A stretch of 64,000 nt of DNA from Bugula neritina (lineage: Eukaryota; Animalia; Bryozoa), in contig OZ037768.1 of NCBI GenBank assembly GCA_964035545.1, positions 1,892,741 to 1,956,740 on the forward strand. The letters are read 5' to 3'. The first letter of the stretch is position 1. Each line of letters opens with the position of its first letter. Shown piece by piece: positions 1 through 11,992 of the stretch. Position numbers and translations under genes: made by a program. A model generated the notes under the pieces. The model had not been told where the DNA came from and searched no databases. It worked only from the letters and a program-made list of their open reading frames with translations.

Positions 1-46
1 GTGCCTGCTATATACCTCCTATATAACTTAGGTTTCTCTGTTTTAG

Positions 47-3004
47 GCAAGCTCACCAAGCTGTGATGTATTTAGACAGACTTCACTCTTTGAAGAAAAG
101 AGGGAGAATTGCATTCTCTCTTAACTTGGAACTTCTCATCTCTTTCATTCCCGAACCCGAGTCTCAAACATTGCCTGGTTTTCACAAACACAAATCTACA
201 AAAAATAGGCTGGAGCCCCATCTACCGCAGGTAGTCTCCCAGTCTAACCGCCTTGTTAACTCGACAGGCTATTCCTACAGGGTTGATGAGAAGTCTGCAT
301 GTGTTAGTGTAAATGTAAAGTGACCATTGGCTACCAGACATATATGGTCAATTAAGATATTGTCAATGTGTTGAGTTTACCGCAGGGTTTAGTCAGGGAT
401 GGGGGTTCAGGTAATAAAAGTAGCTGACATCACCTGTGTTGTTTTCGTTGCTTGACCTCTAGCAGGGAATATCTACTGTGTATGTTGATATGCTGAAGGG
501 AATATCTACTGTGTATGTTGATATGCTGAAGGAGAATGAGGAGATGGTGCTACAGCTGATCCGGGAAAGTTACGTTCTGGTAGAGTTGAACCCACTTCAG
601 TGGAGCTGGCAGACAATCCAAACAGTTCTCAAAAATCATGTTGCAGTTCTGAAGAGGGTTGAAGATTTCACCCTGCACAGGTATAGTTTGAGAATTTACC
701 TTTATACAGGTATGTGTTGAGAATTTACTTTTGTACAAGAGTGTTTTGAAAATTTCAGCTTTGCACAGGTATGTGTTAAAAATTTCACCTTTGCATAGGT
801 ATTGTTGATTTTAAATTAAAGATTTATAAAGTATTAGTGTGTTAGCTTGTCACAAATTTCTTCAGGTATTTGCTGTAATATTGATTAAATAAAGTTTTGG
901 TAGATTGAATAATGTTAAGTTCTTGTCTGACTATTAATATGCCAAAGTGTTACATAATAATAGGGTTGCTCTTAGTTTGTTTAGGTGTTGCCACGGTGAG
1001 TCGGTTATAACAGGAAGTGTATATTTTGCTGCAGGTTTTTGGCCAAACTGCTGCATTTCTACAATCCAAGTGGAGACAATGGCTTCTGTACAATCACGTT
1101 ATCTGACGACAAGGCCAGACTCTACACCTCTATCGGTCTGCTGCTCATTGAGAAGATAATTCTCATCAATGCAGACGAGTCTAACAGGCATCTTAAATCT
1201 CTACTACTTGATATCTGTCACTGCCTCTCCGAGGTTTGTCCTTGACATTGTAGACTAGTTAGTCTCTGATTGGGGAATTGAACTTGAGTTGAAAACCCGC
1301 ACATTGTATTTGAGCGTAACATTATTTATTTTAAAATTTGGTACAAAAAATACAAAATGTAGTTTGTCACAAGATTATCGGTGGTAAAGATTTAGTAAGG
1401 GCTGTTTTTGGTGCCATTACAGCTTTTGTACACGTTGACCACATGTGTGAGAGCTTAATAAATTCACATTTTGTAGCCATTGTTCTTGTGAGTGTTTGTT
1501 TGGGTTGGCTATGAAGTCTGCCTCAAACCTGTGAGCAACTTGGGTTTGGGGCTTTAAATATGGTGCTGGGGCAGTTATAGCCAGATGTGTTCCCTGACGT
1601 CCCTCTAGTTCTGCTGGAACTTGATCCCAACCTGTGTCATGCTAAGTCAGTGTCTCTAAACACCCACCACTTCTTTCTACGATAGGCTAATGATAATGAT
1701 TAACTGTTTAGTTACGGCAGGAAGTTCCCGTACAGGAAGCTAAGCTCGGTCTCAACTATATTTACACGTACTGCTGTCAGAATTACTTCCTGTTTATTGG
1801 CAAGCTGTCGCAGCTGTCAGAGGGACTGCAGCTGTTAGAAGCCACGGGTATAATGCAGCAGTGAGTTCAACTCTCTATAAATATCATCTGCTAGCTGTGT
1901 GTATTTATATGTTGTGAGACAAGTACAGTCTGAGTAACTGTGTTGGATGAGTTCTCAGACTAGTTTGGTTGCCTAGGTTACTGGACCTGGTAACTATTAC
2001 TGGACAAGATGTCTATGTAAAGCTGACCGTGTCGAGTCTGGATTACACTAAAGAAGGGCTATGCAGGATTATCCTATCAAAAGCTCTTACAGCTACGTCT
2101 GAGGTGCAGTATATAGTATAGAATATACATGTAGTATAGAATATAGTGTAGTGTAGTATATCATATAATGTATGACATACTCTAGAGTCTAGCAGTATAC
2201 TGTGACATTGTAATAATATATTGTGATGCACTATATATATTATAGATCATTGATATACTGTATTATACAGTGATGCACTGTGTACTAGTATTAGTGCTAT
2301 GATATGCTACTGTGTACAATAGTACTGTACTATCAGTATGTTAACTTATGACACCCCTTATAGAGTGCCCGTCTCTACACCGCCGATTTCATGAGAGCGC
2401 TGCTACGACTCGGCGTTCCCTTCTTCAGCAACTGGTGCATGGAGTTACTCATCAAACAGCTCTATGACCAGAGCAAGAATGTCTCCATGAGATCTCTCAG
2501 TGTTATCAACGAGGCTTGTGAGAATCAGGTGTGACCTCGTGTATCTCTATTTGTGTATCTCTCCCTCCCTCTCCCTCTCTTCCTCTACCCCTCTCCCCCT
2601 CCCTCTATCCCTCTCCCTCCCTCTCCCCCTCTCTCTCTCTCTCCCTCCCTCTCTCTCCCTCTCTCTCTCCCTCTCCCTCCCTCTCTCTCCCTCCCTCTAT
2701 CTCTCTCCCTCCCTCTCTCTCTCTCCCTCTCCCTCCCTCTCCCTCCCTTTATCCCTCTCCCTCCCTCTCCCTCCCTTTATCCCTCTCCCTCCCTCTCCCT
2801 CCCTTTATCCCTCTCCCTCCCTTTATCCCTCTCCCTCCCTCTCCCTCCCTCTATCCCTCTCCCTCCCTTTATCCCTCTCCCTCCCTCTCCCCCTCCCTCT
2901 ATCCCTCTCCCTCCCTTTATCCCTCTCCCTCCCTCTCCCTCCCTCTCTCCCCCTCTCTCTCCCACTCTCACTCTCTCCCTCCCTCCCTCTCTCTCTCTCT
3001 CTCT

Positions 3005-3041
<37 letters not shown>

Positions 3042-6000
3042 TCTCCCTCCCTCCCTCTCTCTCTCTCTCTCTAAATCTCTCTCTCTAAATCTCTCTCTCT
3101 CTAAATCTCTTTCTCAATTTTTCTCTGTATATCTTTTACCTTGTCATAGTGTTGATGTAAATTACTAGCTTTAAGGAAACCCAATGCATGCTGTTGAGTT
3201 TATTTTGCTTCATGCTGTGTTTAGGCCAACTTGCTTTCACTGATAGCTATCAGACCGTCAATCCTTCACCTGGGCGAGATGGGGGCTCTGCTGGTAACCC
3301 GATATCTCTCTCTCCAGGAAGGCTACAAGTTCCTTAGTCAATCAAGTTATATTACCAATGAGCTAGATAGATGGCACGAGGTGGGTTCCGTCACATCACG
3401 AAATCTCAGCTGCATTGACAGGCGCTCTTCTACCTACAGAAGTTAACAGAACAGTGTCTGCACCATGCAGTACAAAGATTTTTTGTTTTCATTTCACTTC
3501 TAAAACTATTAAATATTGTATAAGTTTTGCTTTACAACTTTGTGCACTGTCGACTATTAAATCTGCTGTTCATTTAGCCCGTGATAAAGTGGCTATAGCA
3601 TGGTGGGGGTGTAGTAAAAATCACCCCACATTCTTTATGCTTGTGTAGTAAGAAGTCTACACTACTAGGATATTGGTACACTAGTGTAGAGCCGGTAGTA
3701 CTGTGTAATACATGTCATGTCAAGATACTGTGTGATACATGTCATGTCAGGATACTGTGTTATACATGTCATGTCATGTCAGGATACTGTGTGATACATG
3801 TCATGTCATGTCAGGATACTGTGTAATACATGTCATGTCAGGATACTGTGTGATACATGTCATGTCATGTCAGGATACTGTGTGATACATGTCATGTCAG
3901 GATACTGTGTAATACATGTCATGTCAGGATACTGTGTAATACATGTCATGTCAGGATACTGTGTAATACATGTCATGTCAGGATACTGTGTGATACATGT
4001 CATGTCAGGATACTGTGTGATACATGTCATGTCAGGATACTGTGTAATACATGTCATGTCAGGATACTGTGTTATACATGTCATGTACACCTCTTTTCTT
4101 ATTCAGAGTTTCAACCTTCAGTATGCTGATATAGTAGATGAACAGTTAGCCGAAAGCCTCTCTAGCTACGAGAAAAGCTTCGACGACGAAGTGCAAAGAC
4201 GAAGTAGTGCAGTCAGGTGTGTATTAGCCAATCACCTTCAAAAGTGTGTGTATTTATCCAATTAGGTTTAACTTTACATATTCATCCGCAGTACATATCA
4301 AACTTAGTCATTTATAGCATTTTATTTTCAATCAATTTGTGTAAAAATCAAACAGCTTACAATTCGACCCTTGTGCTTTTCATGAAAACGTGTGTGTTTC
4401 AGTGTTATGTAAGAAGTTGGTTTGAGGTTGTCTCCACATTGAGACGTAAAGATAATAGACAATGGTTAGTTACTAGTACTAGTACTAGTTACACGTGGTG
4501 CTGTTTTAGACGACTTGGAAAGAGTGTGTACATACCGCCCCATCTCTACGGGCAACTTGTGCAGCACAGTGAGGGTGCAGAGACAGTAGCAAACCTACCA
4601 TACTTATCGGAATATTTTGACATCATTAGATGTCATTGCTTTACTAATGAAGACTTAGACATCAAGCGGTGCAAAGCTGCCTTCTGGGTGGCTGTAAGTA
4701 ATAGCTACTCATATACATGCTAATATTGCCTATTGATAATGATTAGCAAATAGGCGAGGAAAGTGCATATCACTTCATACCTAAAAACTAAACATCATTT
4801 TTAAAAGTCATTTTAATTAATAGTCGGTCTATCTGTTGCTACTTTAAGCTTTCTTCATCTTTTAATGTAAATGTTCATTGATATCAGTCCTTCTGCAAGA
4901 TATCTAAGTTGCAGACACTCTGATGTAGTATAATTCTTCAACCAAATTGCGAGAAACCATAAGAATTACAGCAATGATTTAGGCATGTAGTTTGCGAGAC
5001 AATGTAGTTTGGGTTTTTACAAGCTTAGGTGTTGCACGTGTAAGGTTTGGTTCCTCTTCTAATCATGTGTAGCATTTGCAGTCTGTTGTTATAACACAGA
5101 ACTGTAGCAACATTCTTAGCTGAGCTATTTCTTTGTGACTATGGTAACTATGTAGCCATGGCAATTATGTAGCCATGGTAACTATGTAACCATGGTAACT
5201 ATGTAGCCATGGTAACTAACTATGTAACTGTGGTAATTATGTAGCAGTGGTAACTGTGTATTCATAGTAACTATGTAACCGTGGTAACTATGTAATCATG
5301 GTAACTGCCTTTCAGGGACACGTCGGCTCTTCAATATACGGTTTAGAGCTGCTGAGTAAACAGGAAGTTATCTACTCTTTGATACAGATTGCTCAAAGCA
5401 GTCCAGTTCTCACTCTAAGGGGGTAAGTTAATCACAGGCTATACTCCGTGCACCCAGGTCAGCAGTCTGATTATATAATAGGTGTGTCTTTATGTAATTT
5501 GAAGTTCCCAATAGTCAACTGGTGATCTTTTATACAACAGAAACTAAGAGTTGTCTTCTCTGACTGAATTTTAGTGTTTCTTTTTCCAGTATTCTAGTAA
5601 ATGTCATTTGTGTAATGCCCAGTTAGCTGTCTACAGCTTGCAAGTTTATTTCTCAACTATCATAGATCTCAATAAAGTTCTCATTGTTTATGCAGGGCAG
5701 CGTTCTATGCACTCGGTCTGATAGCCACCACTCATGCTGGCGTGAACCGTCTGGCAGAGCTGGGCTGGAGGTCTGTACTCAGTGCCAGATCAGATGACTG
5801 GCCTCTACTCAGTGATCAGCTGCTATACTGTGACCCAGATACTGTGAGAGAAATTAGGTCAATGTCTCAGACTAGCTCTGTTAGTCATAGTAGTAGCAGT
5901 GGCAAGTATGTTGATTATACCTTGTATTATAGTATAGCATGTTGATTATACCTTGTATTATAGTATAGCATGTTGATTATACCTTGCATTATAGTATAGC

Positions 6001-9000
6001 ATGTTGATTATACCTTGTATTATAGTATAGTGTGTTGATTATACCTTGTATTATAGTATAGCATGTTGATTATACCTTGTATTATAGTATAGCATGTTGA
6101 TTATACCTTGTATTATAGTATAGCATGTTGATTATACCTTGTATTATAGTATAGCATGTTGATTATACCTTGTATTATAGTATAGCATGTTGATTATACC
6201 TTGTATTATAGTATAGCATGTTGATTATACCTTGTATTATAGTATAGCATGTTGATTATACCTTGTATTATAGTATAGCATGTTGGTTATACCTTGTATT
6301 ATAGTATAGCATGTTGATTATACCTTGTATTATAGTATAGTGTGTTGATTATACTATAATAATCATATATTACCAGTATATTACGTAGTATTACACTAAC
6401 AGCGTATACTATTGATATTATAGTAATATCTAATAATTGCAGCCCATCAGATGCTACTGATACAAGCAGCTCTCGCTTTGACCTTGAGGATGGCATGAGG
6501 TCACAGACTAGTACTGAAGAAATTCATTTCCCTACGAAACGAGATGACAGAGTTAGTTTTACCGACTTTCTAATTATATAGCTGTAGTTTCATCACAAGT
6601 TGTGGTTCTAGTCATGCCTTTTCTACCATCTCTAGTGTCTTTACGGGAGATCTATATTCTCTATATCTACTATAGTCTCTATATCTACTGTTTGCTGTTT
6701 TTAGAGCTCGTTTGTTGACGAGATGCTGCCCTCAGTGAAAGCCGGCAAGTCGTATAGTACCAGCGAGTTGGCCAAGTCCAAGACGTCCACCACGTATCAC
6801 CGGCGCACCTCATCCGACTCGTACGGCGCGTGGAACACTGGCAATGTGTCTCCTATAGTCATCGAGGTAAGATAACTTCCCTTCTATAGTCATTAAGGTG
6901 GAATAGTTTAGATCAGTATTTATTGCTAAAGAGCTAAAAGTATGTTATAGAGTATTATATCAGAGTTTACTTGTTTTAGTTACAAAGCAGGAAACAAATT
7001 ACCATTGCAGGCTTGAAGTCATAGTATTTCCGTTATCTGCTCGAAACATTTTCATAATTTTAACTTTAGGATTCTGTTGGTCATTATTTTTCCTTAGTAG
7101 TTGGATTTGTAATAAGCAAGGGTGTAGTTGTCCATGCCCAGTGTTGTGTGGCAGGTGTTAGCATGTATATATATAACAGGTATAAAGGTTGACTCAAGTA
7201 ATAATATTATTAAAATGTTAGCATGTGGTCAGGAATATAAAAGGAAATGTTTTTCTAATCTCCAGGATGATCATTTCTCCACCAACAACTCAGTGTTAGC
7301 TGGTCGAGACACTGGGAACATAGTCAACGGCGCTAGTGATGTTGCTGAGACTATCAGCGCGGCCTTGACCCAAATTGCATCGCCATCCAAGTCTGCCATC
7401 AAACACAAGGCTAGCAAGTCGCTGATCGACATGGGGACAGAGCCTCTCACCACTAAGTCAAGGTCACTGAGTTGGCGGAGTGATGTGCGGGAGTCAGTAG
7501 CGCCCTCTACTGTCACGGTGACTCCCGTCAAGCAGAGTCAGTACACCGAGTCATTCAGCAGTCAGATCAGCTCTGCTGACTCGGCCATATCCCGCACCTC
7601 CATATCACCGATAGACACGGACCGAGCTTCCCTCCCTCGGTACACCATGTCGCTGCCACGGCAGCGCAAAGGGAAGTCTGTGAAAAAGATGAGATTCTCT
7701 AGTCTGCAGAATCCTTCAACTAAATATGATAGTTTGCCAAGAGTGAGTATAACAGGGCACTATATTGTCTATATTCTGTAGATGTAGACAGTTGTCTATA
7801 ATCCGTAGATGTAGACAGTTGTCTATATTCTGTAGATATAGACAGTTGTCTATATTCTGTAGATATAGACAGTTGTCTATATTCTGTAGATATAGACAGT
7901 TGTCTATAATCTGTAGGTGTAGGCAGTTGCCTATAATCTGTAGATGTAGACTGTTGTCTATATTCTGTAGATGTAGACAGTTGTCTAAAGATTGTTAACA
8001 TTTTGCTATAAATGCTACACAAAGTGTATCATAAGATATTAGATGTAGTGTACGTATCAACGTGTCAGCAAGCATGTTATGTAGTACGAATATGTCAACA
8101 GGGGTATCAACAGGGGGTGTACGTTGATCTATACTATGTGCCAACAGGGGTGTATATTGATCTATACTATGTGTCAACAGGGGGTTTACATAGCTCACAT
8201 GGATGAGTTAGGTCAGGCAGCAGTACGTGCCATGAGAAGACAAGCCTCGAATGTGTCGTCTACTGACTCCCACTCCGTCTCTTCGCTCAGTAATTCTCCT
8301 GCCATTAAAAGTTCTTCCAAATCTAGCAAAGTTATCAGGTGTGTTGGCTTCAAATAACTAAATAATATGTTGATAAAAACAACTATTACGGTTTTAAATA
8401 GTAAAGTTTAGGAATAATTGGTGTGTGAAAAGTGTTTTATTATAACAATCATATTGATTATTAAAATTATATAGTGTTATAGTAAAACGTGCAGCTTTAT
8501 GAGAGTTATTCTCTCGTTTCCCCATGTTGCTGGTATTCCCTTACAGGACGTTAAGTGCTCAAGGTGATAAAGAGTTTCTATCAGATGTATGCAAATTATC
8601 CGATATTGAACAGCCTATGAAATTCTCTGACAGATATATGGGACTAGCCCTGCCATTGGATGTTCTGGGTTTGTTTGAGGTTAGTACTCCCAGTACACTC
8701 TGTAGTACTCCCAGTACACTCTGTAGTAGTCACAGTACACTCTGTAGTACTCCCAGTACACTCTGTAGTAGTCACAGTACACTCTGTAGTACTCCCAGTA
8801 CACTCTGTAGTAGTCACAGTGCATTCTGTAGTAGTCACAGCACATACTGTAGTAGTCGCAGTGCATTCTGTAGTAGTCACAGTATATTCTGTAGTACTCA
8901 CAGTACACTCTGTAGTAGTCCCAGTACACTCTGTAGTACTCACAGTACACTCTGTAGTAGTCACAGTACACTCTGTAGTAGTCACAGTACACTCTGTAGT

Positions 9001-10758
9001 ACTCACGGTACACTCTGTAGTAGTCACAGTACACTCTGTAGTAGTCACAGTACACTCTGTAGTACTCACAGTACACTCTGTAGTAGTCACAGTACACTCT
9101 GTAGTACTCCCAGTACACTCTGTAGTACTCACAGTACACTCTGTAGTAGTCACAGTACACTCTGTAGTACTCACAGTACACTCTGTAGTAGTCACGGTAC
9201 ATGTTGTAGTACTCACAGTACATGTTGTAGTACTCACAGTACACTCTGTAGTAGTCACAGTGCATTCTGTAGTAGTCACAGCACATACTGTAGTAGTCAC
9301 AGTGCATTCTGTAGTAGTCACAGCACATACTGTAGTAGTCGCAGTGCATTCTGTAGTAGTCGCAGTTCAAATTATAAAGTTCTGCAAAATAATTTCATGG
9401 CTACTATAAGACATTCTTCAAGTTAATAATAGATTGAGTTTCAGTAAAGTTGCTGTACCATGAGACATAACTCCCTGTTATTATGTCTCTCTCCATCAGC
9501 TAATCGGCTCAGCCAATGAGGACGAGGATTTTACTGGGAGTGATGGTGAAGTCGTTAAAATGGTGAATGACTTGAAGCCAATTAGCAAAGGGGTTGAGGG
9601 GTTGGAGCTTCATTCCACCACTAACTGCCTACGGTGTGTGTCAGCGGAACCCGGCAGCAAAGAAACCGGCAGCTCTTGGAACCAGAAGTTCGACTCGTCA
9701 ACATTTATTACTCATAGTGAAGGTATGCCTGTGTGCATCATGTGTGAAGGTATACCTGTGTGCAGCTTGTGTGAAGGTATACCTGTATGTATCATGTGTG
9801 GAGGTATACCTGTATGCATCATGTGTGAAGGTATACCTGTATGCATCATGTGTGAAGGTATACCTGTGTGCAGCTTGTGTGAAGGTATACTTGTGTGTAT
9901 CATGTGTGAAGTTATACCTGTGTGCATCATGTGTGAAGGTATACCTGTATGCATCTTGGTTTTAGCGGTTCATTGGCTCATAAAGCATCCAATTATCTGG
10001 AGGTGTATTTAATATATCTATTTTTTGCAACTGGTTGTTAATGAAGCATTTAATAAAATGAGGTGTTTTAGTTTTTTATAAGGATAAAATGGTGTGAAAA
10101 CTGAATGGTAGAAATACAGCCCTCACTCCAATCACATATTCAGACGGTATATGATGATGTGTACGTTTCAAGTACATATTCTTGTCTTTCTGTAGTGACA
10201 GAAAAGCCGCCTGTCAAACAATCGCTTCTAAGGAAAGAATGCATCAAATTCATCACGACCATTTGCAGCTCTATCGGTGTGAATGCGGCAGAAGAAGGTT
10301 TATTAAGGTGCGTCACCTCACCCCTTCCTCCTTTTCAGTCTCTTAGCCTGTGTTATGCTAGTAGTTTAGCCTGTGCTACTCACAATCATGGTGTTTGATA
10401 GGCTGAAAGAGCAGTTCCCCGACTTATTCAATGATCTCTGTCTCTACTCAGAAGTGTGTGCCATCCTCTCCAACTACAGCTTCCACCTTCCGGCTCGCAA
10501 ATTCATCCAGGAACTTTTCCAGGAGACTAAGTTTGACGAGGTGAGACCCGAGTGTAAAAGTGCCGCCAAATTTATTCCCCAGTTTGTTTGTGTCTCTGAA
10601 TTACTTATATTTATCCCCTTGTCTTTTCATTGATTTCCTTGTAAATAGTTGCTTATAACGCTTATGTTTGTTTTCCGCAGATACACTCTGGAGTTATTAC
10701 CTCTCTGCAGATTGATACTAGCCAATCATGTTGTGATAAACACGGAGTCAGTAGCTAA
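47..10758 (+). CDS. RICTOR: RICTOR (mTORC2 subunit), multi-exon, 5' part outside window
   Basis: GT-AG exons translate to RICTOR-typical blocks: LHR|FLAKLLHFYNPS, QNYFLFIGKLSQ, MRALLRLGVPFFSNWCMELLIKQLYD, VYIPPHLYGQLVQHSEG, AAFWVA|GHVGSS, YMGLALPLD, HSTTNCLRC, LLRKECIKF, LKEQFPDLFNDLCLYSEVCAILSNYSFHLPARKFIQELFQE. Last exon 10681-10758 ends in TAA. Confidence 0.95.
464..531 (+). repeat. 33-bp exact tandem duplication spanning a RICTOR splice acceptor (GISTVYVDMLK x2)
   Basis: agggaatatctactgtgtatgttgatatgctga at 464-496 and 497-529. Confidence 0.95.
661..808 (+). repeat. Degenerate ~29-30 bp x5 repeat containing a RICTOR donor junction
   Basis: Copies resembling aatttcaccctgcacag|gtatagtttga recur into the intron. 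Confidence 0.8.
2557..3115. repeat. CT-rich polypyrimidine microsatellite in RICTOR intron
   Basis: (CT)n/(CCCTCT)n tract; source of spurious L/S/P ORFs. Confidence 0.95.
3697..4085. repeat. 27-bp minisatellite (gatactgtgtRatacatgtcatgtcag)
   Basis: Tandem copies ending about 20 bp upstream of the acceptor at 4107. Confidence 0.95.
5137..5310. repeat. 17-bp minisatellite (atggtaactatgtagcc)
   Basis: About 10 degenerate copies ending at the acceptor near 5315. Confidence 0.9.
5906..6355. repeat. 31-bp minisatellite starting at a donor GT
   Basis: atgttgattataccttgtattatagtatagc about 14 copies. Confidence 0.95.
7762..7990. repeat. 27-bp minisatellite (tattctgtagatRtagacagttgtcta)
   Basis: About 8 copies in a RICTOR intron. 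Confidence 0.95.
8680..9365. repeat. 21-bp minisatellite (tgtagtagtcacagtacactc)
   Basis: About 32 copies starting right at the donor gag|gttagt; explains four overlapping repetitive ORFs. Confidence 0.95.
9716..9955. repeat. 27-bp minisatellite whose unit contains the donor junction gtgaag|gtat
   Basis: gtgaaggtatacctgtgtgcatcatgt about 9 copies. Confidence 0.95.
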
Positions 10759-11992
10759 ACTTCTCCGTATCGCTGACTGCTGGCTCTACTAGTCCAACGA
10801 CTTGTTGGTCGTTAGTCGTCGGTGACTGTTTTATATATACTAGTTGTCAGTCGTCAGTGACTGTTTTATATATACTAGTTGTTAGTCTTCAGTGACTGTT
10901 ATTTCTGTGATTTGATGATTTACTTGATGCCTACATCACATATAATGTCTGATTGACTGTACCATGCTGCTTTCTAAGAGGCCACGCTCATCACACTATA
11001 TTCTTATGCTATTATTATATGTATATTATTACGCTACTATATATACTATCGCTATGATTATGTATATTCATATACCAACAATCCGTCTCTGATTCACCTC
11101 GACACAAGGACACGTATCCCAGTGCCTTTAGTAGACATCCTCCAAGATAGCTTCCTCAGTCAGTTATTGGCTCTAGTTACTTATGTACATTCAGGCATAG
11201 TTTTCACATTATATTCCTGCTGTAAATACATACTGAAGTTATCTCCTCACTTTAAGTAACTTCAGTATGTGTGTCATTTATCTACAGACTACATTTAAAT
11301 TACAATTCTTGCTACTTCACAGCAGTCTTTCATACGATTGTTTGACCAATAAGGAATTAGGTTTGAAAGGTGCTGGAGTGTCACTCACTTCTGTGTGCTC
11401 AGCACCAACTAGTGGTAACTGATATCCAACCTGGTGCTCATTATTGCCCTTATTTAAATGATGTACATTTTGTTTTTACCCATTAAATCGTTTTTGTGTA
11501 AGTTAAATATGTAATCAGTTGCAATGCATCTGTTGTGTTCCTGTCTTGAAAATTTAATTATCTAGTCCATGTTGAAAGTTTGATAAAATATTTATTTTGT
11601 ATCAAAAATTTTATAATTTCTTGTAGTTAATATTTTTTACTTGATAATATATATAATTGAGAATTTATAGAATAGTGTAATAAAATGTTCAAATAGAAAA
11701 ATATAAAAATAAATTAGTATGTATTATGCCAGACAATACATTTTGTTGCAGTGTACAAAGCTAAGCATTCCTATGATTGCTATTAGAGATTTCAGTAAAC
11801 TACGACCTGACAGAAATCGTTCAGTCACTCTTTCTGCCAAAGCCATATTATAAAAATAGTTTTGGCTGACTAAATATAAATATTGTACGAGTATAAATCT
11901 GTGGCAGTGTGTATGGCATATTAGCTTCTCTAAAAATATAGTTTATCTAATGAGTATGTGGTGTGTTTGGAGTTGTCCCGCTTACAACAGTC

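Noticed and set aside
2500-3168. Long L/S/P-rich ORFs
   Set aside because: Translations of a CT microsatellite inside a RICTOR intron.
3798-9965. Cys/His-rich repetitive ORFs resembling metallothioneins or antifreeze proteins
   Set aside because: Open in several frames and on both strands because unit lengths (21, 27 nt) are multiples of three; they lie in RICTOR introns.
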